Shown here: positions 26,681 to 34,101 of the stretch, one piece after another
Position numbering within the stretch: the first letter of the stretch is position 1
How the letters are laid out: each line of letters begins with the position of its first letter
Virus record (IMG/VR): IMGVR_UViG_3300037483_000080
Span: 1 to 43,844 of that record
Source of the DNA: a virus
Lineage: Duplodnaviria > Caudoviricetes
Reading direction: 5' to 3' (one strand)
DNA length: 43,844 bases
The notes under the pieces: generated by a model
The model's database searches: none
What the model was told of the DNA's origin: nothing
The model's input: only the letters and a program-made list of their open reading frames with translations
Made by a program: the position numbers and the translations under genes

Positions 26681-27363
26681 AGCCTGATCTCCTTCGTTCC
26701 AGTGCAGGACGGGTAGTTGGGGCAACCCCAAAACGGATGCCCGTCGATTCGGCGCGTGCGCTTAACCATCTCTGATCCGCACTTGCCGCAAAATGGATTG
26801 AACTCATTAGCGCCCATCTCTTTTTCTCGATTCTTTCTAAGACTTCTCTTTCGCATGTGTGTGCCGATCTGCGGTCCGTATATTTCTTCAAGAGCCTTGC
26901 GGTATTCTGTGGCCTGTTTACTGACCTGTTTCAAATCATTGCGCAGGCGTTGATTTTCTTGCATTCGTTCAGTTCGGTGCCGCTTGCGCGCCCTGCGCCC
27001 ATTGTACTTCTCGTTCTCAAATTGGCGCAGCGCCCGCCTGGCGTACCGTCTCATCACGTTCATCGTCAAGTCGATCGGCTCGACCGAGATGATCTTAACG
27101 CCCTGCTGCGCGGCTAGTCTGCGCTTCAAGTTATCAAGGTGACGCCGATACTTGAATTCGTCCGTGCCTTCTATTGGCCTTAAATGATACTCTCCTTGAA
27201 ACTCAAAACCGATCTTGATGTCTGGATAGTACCTGTCTATCTCTAGCGGCTGTCCTGTCTTCGGATTCGTCAGCCACTTCGGGCGGTAGTTGTCGATGTA
27301 CTTGTGTCCGGTAATGTATGCGTCGAGATACTCACACATTAACGATTCGCCTGTAGATTTCAT
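26677..27363 (-). CDS. PD-(D/E)XK (Vsr-like) endonuclease fused to a topoisomerase-type C4 Zn ribbon
   Basis: RPKWLTNPKTGQPLEIDRYYP...GFEFQGEYH; C-terminal CGKCGSEMVKR...FWGCPNYPSC. Confidence 0.78.
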   Translation of the reverse strand: MKSTGESLMCEYLDAYITGHKYIDNYRPKWLTNPKTGQPLEIDRYYPDIKIGFEFQGEYHLRPIEGTDEFKYRRHLDNLKRRLAAQQGVKIISVEPIDLTMNVMRRYARRALRQFENEKYNGRRARKRHRTERMQENQRLRNDLKQVSKQATEYRKALEEIYGPQIGTHMRKRSLRKNREKEMGANEFNPFCGKCGSEMVKRTRRIDGHPFWGCPNYPSCTGTKEIRL

Positions 27364-27730
27364 GTGTTGCCCCTTGCTGCAATGAGGGAGGGAGTTGAGC
27401 AGAATCATCCCCTTAATTCAGGGAATGATCCAGCGATTGACTGCAACTCGGTCGGTCGTCTCGCTTCGTCATGTTACTCAGGCCTACGCTCGCGCTTCCG
27501 TGCTGGTATCGCCCTTCATCCACGGACTCGGCCCTTTCACCGATTTGGGTATCCGGTGTTGACCAGTGCCCACCTGAAGACTTACGGTCATATCCTGCTC
27601 GGAGGGCGCGGCTATTTCACTGCTATTGTATAATGTATATGGGGTAGTCTCTAGCCTGAGCCATCCCAATTTGTTAGCGCCAACCGTTCGGCCTGGACGT
27701 GTCCCGTCAGAACACCGATCGGGTAACGCA
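27364..27730 (-). ncRNA. Candidate large structured RNA (~370 nt) upstream of the endonuclease
   Basis: Many helices incl. long-range CTCAGGC/GCCTGAG; long gap in a gene-dense genome. Confidence 0.45.
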
Positions 27731-27763
27731 AACGAGCAGGGCCGCGCTAACGGCCCTGCTCGT
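27730..27763 (-). terminator. 13-bp perfect hairpin, possible terminator
   Basis: ACGAGCAGGGCCG-N6-CGGCCCTGCTCGT; only a short T tail. Confidence 0.55.
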
Positions 27764-27807
27764 CGTGTTGTGTTGCTGCTGTTCGCTTCGTGCTGCGTAG
27801 TGACATT

Positions 27808-27922
27808 AAAAAAGCACCTTGATTCCGTGTCGGTTGCCGGTTGGCAGGCCGCGACTAGGTGCGACAAAACAACCGGCACAGAATCAAAGTGCCCTTGCCT
27901 AGTCCACACGCCCGCTGCCAAC
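27808..27922 (-). promoter_or_regulatory. Attenuator/antisense-type leader (reminiscent of P4 CI / P1 c4)
   Basis: 23-bp stem ending in T6; loop segments CCTAGTC and CTGCCAAC complementary to upstream GACTAGG and GTTGGCAG. Confidence 0.6.
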
Positions 27923-27948
27923 GGGTTAAATTTTTGTGCTACGCTATT

Positions 27949-27977
27949 AAGATACACGATTTCAGTTTCCGTGTCAA
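27949..27977 (-). promoter_or_regulatory. Sigma70 promoter TTGACA-17-TATCTT
   Basis: Consensus -35; near-consensus -10. Confidence 0.75.
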
Positions 27978-28040
27978 GTGGCAAAATTATAGCCGCCCAT
28001 GTCAACCCACCGCGCCGGCGCAGGCACGCTCGCGGCAGCG

Positions 28041-28370
28041 CTAGTCGTCGTCTTCATTTTCATCCGTGACAATATCGGTCGCCATGCTACAGCAAAACGG
28101 GCAAGCCTCGTCGCCGTTGTCGATCCACGTCTCGCCGCAGTCGTTACACGTTCGCTCTTCAATCATGATCTCCTTTGTTTGCTCCCACTTCGCTTCCAGC
28201 GCTTCATCAGCCCTGGTCCGGTACACCGCCGCTTCGTCGCGCTCAAGCGTGCGCACGTCCTGCCACGCGCCCATGAACAACCGGCGCAGCACGTAGCAGC
28301 CGCGCCAGTCGTCGTACAGTTGCCGCGCTGTTTCGGCGCGGAGGTCGGCGAGTGTGTCGGTGAGGGTCAC
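28041..28370 (-). CDS. Hypothetical protein with C-terminal Zn ribbon
   Basis: CNDC...CPFC; GTGA overlap. Confidence 0.65.
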   Translation of the reverse strand: MTLTDTLADLRAETARQLYDDWRGCYVLRRLFMGAWQDVRTLERDEAAVYRTRADEALEAKWEQTKEIMIEERTCNDCGETWIDNGDEACPFCCSMATDIVTDENEDDD

Positions 28371-29182
28371 GACAGCATGTCGATCAAGCGATCGATTTGC
28401 GCGGCCCGTGCGGCGGCCCATGCGTCGTCATGTTCGGCGGCCCGTGCGGCGGCCCATGCGGCGGCCAGTGCGGCGGCCCGTGCGGCGGCCCATGCGTCGT
28501 CATGTGCGTCGTCATGTGCGTCGTCATGTGCGGCGGCCCGTGCGGCGGCCCATGCGTCGTCATGTTCGGCGGCCCGTGCGGCGGCCCATGCGTCGTCATG
28601 TTCGGCGGCCCGTGCGGCGGCCCATGCGGCGGCCAGTGCGGCGGCCAGTGCGGCGGCCAGTGCGGCGGCCAGTGCGGCGGCCCGTGCGGCGGCCAGTGCG
28701 GCGGCCCGTGCGGCGGCCAGTGCGGCGGCCAGTGCGGCGGCCCGTGCGGCGGCCCATGCGTCGTCATGTTCGGCGGCCAGTGCGGCGGCCCGTGCGGCGG
28801 CCAGTGCGGCGGCCCGTGCGGCGGCCAGTGCGGCGGCCAGTTGATCATCGGTCGCTTCTCCGTTTGCGTAACGCTCGGCGATGTCGCAAGCGTTGATGCT
28901 GCGCTGATCAGGATCGCTTAAAAGTTTCAACGCCTCACGCGCGCACCATACCGCGAACAATCTCAGTGTTCGCGCGTTAATAAATTCTTCGCGGCATACG
29001 ACCCATAACCGATCCTCCGCCGGGCATTCTTTTATTTTGAGGATTTCGATAACTGTTCCCGACCATCCTTCCCGCAAAAAACCGCTATTGATTTGCTCTC
29101 CATATTTGTCAATTCCAGTTACCGGATCGTAGCACGGTCCTAGCGCTCGAATGTCGTTGATAGTCAGTTGCTTGAGTTCCAT
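28367..29182 (-). CDS. Imm5-like helical protein with long Ala-rich tetrapeptide repeat
   Basis: RLFAVWCAREAL...AERYANGEAT..QLAAA, then AA(L/R/W)A and (A/E)HDD units; AGGA SD. Confidence 0.75.
   Translation of the reverse strand: MELKQLTINDIRALGPCYDPVTGIDKYGEQINSGFLREGWSGTVIEILKIKECPAEDRLWVVCREEFINARTLRLFAVWCAREALKLLSDPDQRSINACDIAERYANGEATDDQLAAALAAARAAALAAARAAALAAEHDDAWAAARAAALAAALAAARAAALAAARAAALAAALAAALAAALAAAWAAARAAEHDDAWAAARAAEHDDAWAAARAAAHDDAHDDAHDDAWAAARAAALAAAWAAARAAEHDDAWAAARAAQIDRLIDMLS
28400..28840. repeat. 12-nt-period coding tandem repeat
   Basis: Units such as GCGGCGGCCAGT, GCGGCGGCCCGT, GCGGCGGCCCAT, GCGTCGTCATGT. Confidence 0.95.
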
Positions 29183-29186
29183 TTCG

Positions 29187-29420
29187 TTATCCTTCCTCGT
29201 CCTCTCGGTCCGCAGCGACTCGCGCCATTTCAGCAGTAAACTCAACCAACATGCTGTAGTACCCGATCATGAAAGAGATTTGATTGGCGTAAGACGATTC
29301 CCTGTTTTTCAAGGCATTGTACATTTTTGAGCACTCCTTAAAGCGCTCAGAGAATGTTTTAAGGAGTGCTTTAAGGCTAATGACCGCTACGTTATCCTTT
29401 TCGTTCATCTCATTCTCCAT
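29187..29420 (-). CDS. Hypothetical protein
   Basis: Operon position; start uncertain. Confidence 0.55.
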   Translation of the reverse strand: MENEMNEKDNVAVISLKALLKTFSERFKECSKMYNALKNRESSYANQISFMIGYYSMLVEFTAEMARVAADREDEEG

Positions 29421-29644
29421 TCTGCATTCTGCAACTTAGCCCGGTACTCGTTCAGCACGCCGCGCGTCGGAGGCCACACGTTCAACCCGATCGCTTGCGC
29501 CATTTCATTAGCCTCGCATGTACTCATCCATGCGATGGCTGCTGCGCGCACGCTCGCGGTGTGGCTGGCCGCGTCCTTCACGGCGGCGAGTAGCGTAGCG
29601 GAGATCAGGCGGCGGCATGCGTTGGTGTCGTAGTCGGGTGTCAT
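29405..29644 (-). CDS. Hypothetical protein
   Basis: LISATLLAAVKDA...AAIAWM pattern of small phage proteins. Confidence 0.6.
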   Translation of the reverse strand: MTPDYDTNACRRLISATLLAAVKDAASHTASVRAAAIAWMSTCEANEMAQAIGLNVWPPTRGVLNEYRAKLQNAEWRMR

Positions 29645-29651
29645 ATGGCAT

Positions 29652-30092
29652 CTATCCAGTCATGCGCCTGCTGTTGATTTTCTGCGTAGTCGCAGAGCCA
29701 ACCAGTCCGACGGCGTTGTGTGCGACTGCGCGCAACTTAGACAGCCTGCGCTCCAGCGCAGCGATGCGCCGTTCGAGCGCGGCCTCGCGGCGAACCTCTA
29801 GCATTTGTGCGCGCGACTCTATCCTCATGACGCGGTCCCCGCTCTTGAAGTCAGCATAGCAATCTCTCCACCATTCCTGTGTATTCATGGCCGTACCCCT
29901 CAACCAGTCGTTATAGATGCGCGCGGCCTCAGTCATGCTGTAGCCGTAGTTGAAAGACAACTCAGACAACATGAATTCGTGACTGCTGCTGTAGTCTTTG
30001 ATGCTGTCGAGCATCAACAGAGCGTCCCGCCGGTCGCGCTCAGCGTCCGTGAGCGGCGGCGCGAGGTGAGTGTCGAATTTGACGGTGGTCAC
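29652..30092 (-). CDS. Hypothetical protein
   Basis: GTGA overlap; GAGGTG SD. Confidence 0.6.
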   Translation of the reverse strand: MTTVKFDTHLAPPLTDAERDRRDALLMLDSIKDYSSSHEFMLSELSFNYGYSMTEAARIYNDWLRGTAMNTQEWWRDCYADFKSGDRVMRIESRAQMLEVRREAALERRIAALERRLSKLRAVAHNAVGLVGSATTQKINSRRMTG

Positions 30093-30301
30093 GCTTCCAC
30101 CTCGTCTCTGTTTTGTTTCGTACTGCGCCTTAAATCGAACTGTTCAGTAACGCGAGCGTTCCACTCGATCAACTCCAGCCGTTCGCGTTCTATAACTGAT
30201 TTCAGTTCGGCTTCCAGTTGCGCGGCGCGTTCCTCGGCGACTATTGCGCGGCGCTCAATATTTTTGTAGTCGCTAAACAAAACAATGTTTTCTGGCTCCA
30301 T
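30089..30301 (-). CDS. Coiled-coil hypothetical protein
   Basis: GAGGAG SD. Confidence 0.6.
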   Translation of the reverse strand: MEPENIVLFSDYKNIERRAIVAEERAAQLEAELKSVIERERLELIEWNARVTEQFDLRRSTKQNRDEVEA

Positions 30302-30394
30302 GATTGCTCCTCTCAATTTCAATGCCGGGGCGTCGTTTGCGGAGTCGTGCTATATGTATCCGCATCAACACGGGCGCTCCAGCATGATGATAAT

Positions 30395-30556
30395 CTACCC
30401 GGCCCCGTACCCGGCCCCGTACCCGTCCCCGGCCCCGGCCCCGTCCCCGTCCCCGGCCCCGTACCCGTCCCCGGCCCCGTCCCCGTCCCCGGCCCCGTAC
30501 CCGTCCCCGGCCCCGTCCCCGTACCCGGCCCCGTCCCCGTCAATATCATGGTTCAT
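30395..30556 (-). CDS. Gly-rich G-(D/Y/A) repeat peptide (53 aa)
   Basis: MNHDIDGDGAGYGDGAGDGYG...; 6-nt periodic DNA; GAGGAG SD. Confidence 0.65.
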   Translation of the reverse strand: MNHDIDGDGAGYGDGAGDGYGAGDGDGAGDGYGAGDGDGAGAGDGYGAGYGAG

Positions 30557-30941
30557 AGTCTTTCGCTCCTCTGATCGAAATTTCTGCTGCGTCCGTGCAC
30601 AGCGTAATCTCGCAGTCCTCAGTGAGATGTTTTCGCAACTCCGGCGCGCCGATCTTGCTGGATGGATCGAGTCCATAGACAGAGACGCCGCTCAAAAATG
30701 CAGCGCCATTCGCCGGCCTCCAATACCACAGCCTGCGAGAATCGGTCAGCAAACACTCACGCCCGTTATAGCTCATCAACACGCCTGCGTGGACGCCTGC
30801 GTCATGACAGCGGACGATCACGTACTTGCCAATCATTCCGTTATCGATCTTAGGCTCGTGTGCTCCATGCCACTGAAGATTTAGCAACTCGCCGATCTGC
30901 TTGATCTGCCCTAGAGTCAACTCATCGATGTTCATTTTCAT
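30546..30941 (-). CDS. DUF6948-like phage protein
   Basis: IGKYVIVRC..AGVHAG.L...LTDSRRLWYW. Confidence 0.78.
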   Translation of the reverse strand: MKMNIDELTLGQIKQIGELLNLQWHGAHEPKIDNGMIGKYVIVRCHDAGVHAGVLMSYNGRECLLTDSRRLWYWRPANGAAFLSGVSVYGLDPSSKIGAPELRKHLTEDCEITLCTDAAEISIRGAKDYEP

Positions 30942-31050
30942 TTTCCTTTTTTTGTTGTGCCGCCGCCTGTGCGTCTACGGACCGACTCCATCGAAACAAT
31001 TATCGATGTGGTCCCGAACTTGTCACGTCACAGTCAGCAGCGCGGTTACG

Positions 31051-31866
31051 CTACAGTCCCTCGTCGTCGCGGCCCAGTTGCTTCTTGCCGTTCCTCAACT
31101 TGCGCTCATTGACGCGCTTGTTCAAGTACTGCGTGGCGGTTTCGTAATCTCCGCCAGCGTCATCAAGAGCGAGAGCGATTTCCTCTTGCGTTGCGCCTGC
31201 GCTGATTCGCTCAAATTCCGCCTTTGGATCATCGTCGTGATCGACAACCGTCGAGCCGTCGATCTTCCACTCTGGCGCGTCGGCTGACTCAATGTCCGCC
31301 TCGATCGTTAGGCCAAACGGGACATCAAAGCGGCGCTTGAGCGCGTCGGCCTCTGCGCGTTTCATTGCGCACTGTACGCGCTCCATCTTCGTCTGTTCGC
31401 TCTGGCGCAGCACTCCGATCCCACTGGTGTACGGCTTGTCGCCCAGGATGTCCTTCACAGAGTCCCACGGAATGCCGGCCTTAGTCATCCGCTCGATCAT
31501 GCCGCAATAGGTCATGACGTTTTCTGTGTCGAACAGCCTGGCCTCGAATGCCAGCGCGCCAGACTCGATCCCGTACCGCTTGCGCTCATCCGCGTCGACG
31601 ATCTCACGGAAGTCAATCCAGAAATTTCCTTGCACCTGCTCGCGCGCTTTCTTGCGAAGTCCCTTGATCCCGATCATCGGCCCGCGATTCGGGATGTACC
31701 ACACCTCACCGTTGAACGGGTCGAGTCCATGTGCTACCGCGATCTGCGCAAGCGCGAAACGCTCGCCGGGTTGCAACTTCGAACCTCCAGGCAACATCGC
31801 CTTGATCCGATCATCAACCTGCTTCAACTGATGTTTGTCGGGGAGTAATGCTAATGCGTTTCCCAT
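31051..31866 (-). CDS. RecT/Red-beta-like single-strand annealing protein
   Basis: GLDPFNGEVWYI...IGIKGLRKKA; MKRAEADALKRRF; AAGGAGG SD. Confidence 0.78.
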   Translation of the reverse strand: MGNALALLPDKHQLKQVDDRIKAMLPGGSKLQPGERFALAQIAVAHGLDPFNGEVWYIPNRGPMIGIKGLRKKAREQVQGNFWIDFREIVDADERKRYGIESGALAFEARLFDTENVMTYCGMIERMTKAGIPWDSVKDILGDKPYTSGIGVLRQSEQTKMERVQCAMKRAEADALKRRFDVPFGLTIEADIESADAPEWKIDGSTVVDHDDDPKAEFERISAGATQEEIALALDDAGGDYETATQYLNKRVNERKLRNGKKQLGRDDEGL

Positions 31867-31876
31867 ACCGCCTCCT

Positions 31877-32239
31877 TTATGCGCCTTCTGTGGCGCTGTT
31901 GTAGTGCGTCCACTTCACGTCGTTGCTGCGCATCGCCTCCATGAGCGTGATGTCATCGTCGGTCAACTCCGCCATGTGCGCCTCGAACTGGCGCACCTTC
32001 TCAGCAGCAAGCCTCTGCGTAGTCTCAAGCGCCGCAGCAATCTCACGCCGCATGTCGTCTGCGCCGCGCAGCCCGGAGGCTGCGGCACGGCGAGCCAGCA
32101 CCTGCGGCATGGTCATCAGCGACGGATCGATCTCGCGGGTGCCGTCGCGGTGCTGGACGGCGACGATGCGCTTGCGAGGGCGGCATATTGCACAGCGGCC
32201 GTCATGCGTAAACATCGGGTCGTGCGTGCAGGTGGTCAT
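31877..32239 (-). CDS. Hypothetical protein
   Basis: ATGA overlap. Confidence 0.6.
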   Translation of the reverse strand: MTTCTHDPMFTHDGRCAICRPRKRIVAVQHRDGTREIDPSLMTMPQVLARRAAASGLRGADDMRREIAAALETTQRLAAEKVRQFEAHMAELTDDDITLMEAMRSNDVKWTHYNSATEGA

Positions 32240-32556
32240 GATTGCGCCCCGGATTTCCGGATCGCGGCGTCTGCGCGACCCATGATCCGCCTGCACTCTG
32301 GCGGCGCGCCGTTGATCTCCTCGTCGCACCAGTTGCGCAGCGCCTTCAGCGCCTCCAGCAACTCAGGCGCTGCGGCGATGAGCAAAGCGTTGGCCCTGTC
32401 TTCTTCGCTTTTACCAAGAGCGTTAATTCCGCTACCGCCGTAGCAGCCAAGTACCCGCTTTCCATTCTTTCCATTCAGGCTTGCGAGATCGTACCGCCTC
32501 GGCCTTCCGGTTGATTCGTCCCACCACTCCCACGGTCCCGGTGTGTGCTTCGTCAT
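32236..32556 (-). CDS. Conserved phage hypothetical protein
   Basis: KHTPGPW...ANALLIAAAPELLEAL family motif. Confidence 0.8.
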   Translation of the reverse strand: MTKHTPGPWEWWDESTGRPRRYDLASLNGKNGKRVLGCYGGSGINALGKSEEDRANALLIAAAPELLEALKALRNWCDEEINGAPPECRRIMGRADAAIRKSGAQS

Positions 32557-32744
32557 TTCGTAGCCTCCTGCTCGCGCGCCAGTTTGCGGCGCTCGATCTC
32601 ATCTCTCGCAAGATCGATCAGCGTCGCGGTCATGTTCGAGTAACGCCTCCGCTTGCGGCGCACATCATCGAGCGCCAGCCAGGCCAGCATCCTGGCGGCG
32701 CCGGCGTCTTTGATGTTGATCTGATCTGGTCGTTTTTTTGGCAT
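32553..32744 (-). CDS. Ribbon-helix-helix (VapB/Arc-like) DNA-binding protein
   Basis: QINIKD...AARML...LA; GGAGG SD. Confidence 0.6.
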   Translation of the reverse strand: MPKKRPDQINIKDAGAARMLAWLALDDVRRKRRRYSNMTATLIDLARDEIERRKLAREQEATK

Positions 32745-32767
32745 ATTGCCCTCCATGATTTGATCTG

Positions 32768-32825
32768 TGGCAACTGCGGATTCGAACCGCCATGGCTATC
32801 ATCATCGGCCCACTGCCGAGTTGCC
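32768..32825 (-). ncRNA. Minimal tRNA-like element
   Basis: GGCAACT/AGTTGCC acceptor-like stem; CGGC-AGTGG-GCCG D-like arm; GCGG-TTCGAAT-CCGC T arm; no proper anticodon arm. Confidence 0.55.
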
Positions 32826-32885
32826 GTTATATCCGCGCCGCCGTTGCCGGGTGGCCTTGAGTCGGCGCGGGGTGTGGGTGGGGTG

Positions 32886-33119
32886 CTACTCCAGGATTGC
32901 TTCGAAACCGTTGTCGCCATCGACAACGGTGTAGCCGCTATCGTCCGGCTCGTTGCTATTCCAGTCGATCAGTACTGCATTGCTTGGCACGTTGTCTCCG
33001 TCGCAGAACCCAGTTATGATCCCGCGTCCAGTTACCGTAGGCCACACATCCATGATGTTGGCGGCCCGTACTTCGCGGCTGTTAATGTGATTCCCAATTA
33101 GGTGATTGTACTTGTTCAT
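32886..33119 (-). CDS. Hypothetical protein (first early gene)
   Basis: GGAGG SD after a consensus promoter. Confidence 0.7.
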   Translation of the reverse strand: MNKYNHLIGNHINSREVRAANIMDVWPTVTGRGIITGFCDGDNVPSNAVLIDWNSNEPDDSGYTVVDGDNGFEAILE

Positions 33120-33149
33120 TTCATTGCCTCCGTGCGTTTGATTGATTAC

Positions 33150-33177
33150 ATTATAGACGCATTCTATAATTTGTCAA
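33150..33177 (-). promoter_or_regulatory. Early promoter TTGACA-16-TATAAT with operator-like inverted repeat ATTATAGA-N5-TCTATAAT
   Basis: Consensus hexamers; perfect 8-bp arms at 33150-33170. Confidence 0.85.
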
Positions 33178-33290
33178 TACGCAAAATGGCGATTCGACCC
33201 AGTACTTTAGTACTACCTATCCACGCCACGCTCGCCATTTTGCGCGTTTTCGTGGTTTGCGGCAGGTGTGGGCGTTGCTGTAGCAGGTGG

Positions 33291-33320
33291 TTGACATGCG
33301 GAGCACAAATGGCGTATACT
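33291..33320 (+). promoter_or_regulatory. Rightward promoter TTGACA-18-TATACT
   Basis: Near consensus; upstream of the lysis/packaging arm. Confidence 0.7.
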
Positions 33321-33329
33321 GGTTGACAG

Positions 33330-33345
33330 TTGCACGCATGTTCGA
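33330..33345. promoter_or_regulatory. Degenerate LexA-type box TTGCAC-GCAT-GTTCGA
   Basis: One perfect half-site; just downstream of the promoter. Confidence 0.4.
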
Positions 33346-33373
33346 GCATGGCGGTAAAACTAACGGAGGAAAC

Positions 33374-33595
33374 ATGACCAGGGAAGAGTGGTTGGAAGTC
33401 GTCAAAACGGTTGTGGCGATTGTGTACGGCGTGCTGGGCGTGCTGTCGGTGTTCGGGCCACTCGCGCAATATCGGGAGTGGTTCGTTTTGCTTTCCAGCA
33501 TCGTTGCAGTTTTCGCGGCGGCTCTCGGTATCCAGTTAACGAAGCCGACTGAGCAGATCGCTGACATCAAAGCGCGCAAGGCTTCCGGCAAATAG
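33374..33595 (+). CDS. Holin-like two-TM protein
   Basis: Two TM helices, basic C-terminus, GGAGG SD. Confidence 0.6.
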   Translation: MTREEWLEVVKTVVAIVYGVLGVLSVFGPLAQYREWFVLLSSIVAVFAAALGIQLTKPTEQIADIKARKASGK

Positions 33596-33716
33596 ACGGC
33601 GTATGGCGGCACGGCCTTACGCCGTCCTCCTTTTGCAGCCCGCGCCGCAACGTCATATACGTGTGCGGCTCTGGGGAGAGGCGCATAAGCGGCGCGGGCG
33701 AAAGAGGTAACATTGC

Positions 33717-33881
33717 ATGTTTGATTACGTTTGGTTTTGGAGATCGAGATTACCTGAGCGCAAGGGGCAGGCGTGCCGCGTCGTTGTACGTGGCCGCATG
33801 AATAGCGTGTTGGTTGAGTTCGCAGACGGCTACAAAGTCATCACATCGCGCTACGCCGTGAGAAAAAATGCGACACCGTAA
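33717..33881 (+). CDS. Small conserved phage protein (54 aa, absent from the ORF track)
   Basis: Own translation: MFDYVWFWRSRLPERKGQACRVVVRGRMNSVLVEFADGYKVITSRYAVRKNATP. Confidence 0.7.
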   Translation: MFDYVWFWRSRLPERKGQACRVVVRGRMNSVLVEFADGYKVITSRYAVRKNATP

Positions 33882-34101
33882 CAATCTCTACTTGCTCGTG
33901 ATCGCATCGTTGCTGTCCATGCTCCTGTTGGCCGCTCTCTCTGTGTCAGCGCCGCAGCCTGGCGCTTCTGTGTCGCCGCTCGCCGTTGATAGGCCGACGC
34001 CGACGAGCGAGGCCACGTTGGTGCCTGAGTCGTATCTGCCGGCGGTGCTGCGCAACTGGTCACCGTTGCCTACGCCAACGGTGAGGCCGACGCCGCCATG
34101 A
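33868..34101 (+). CDS. Secreted Pro/Thr-rich peptide with YLPAVLR motif
   Basis: Signal peptide; PTPT linkers; YLP.V.R. Confidence 0.65.
   Translation: MRHRNNLYLLVIASLLSMLLLAALSVSAPQPGASVSPLAVDRPTPTSEATLVPESYLPAVLRNWSPLPTPTVRPTPP

Noticed and set aside
27484-28005. 173-aa minus-strand ORF from the track
   Set aside because: Runs through a promoter, attenuator and hairpins with no protein-like motifs
28354-28921. Alternative-frame repeat ORFs (RRPV, HGPP/HWPP, CGGP, AAAS) and the repeat as a CRISPR array
   Set aside because: Shadows of a stop-free 12-nt repeat; only one frame joins a real domain with an SD; no unique spacers or cas genes
30218-30884. PGPVPV, PAPYPS and GTGP repeat ORFs
   Set aside because: Shadow frames of the 6-nt repeat; the GDGYG frame has the SD and the usual gene partner
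32768-32825. Functional tRNA gene
   Set aside because: Too short; no 7-nt anticodon loop, no linker bases before the D arm, no CCA
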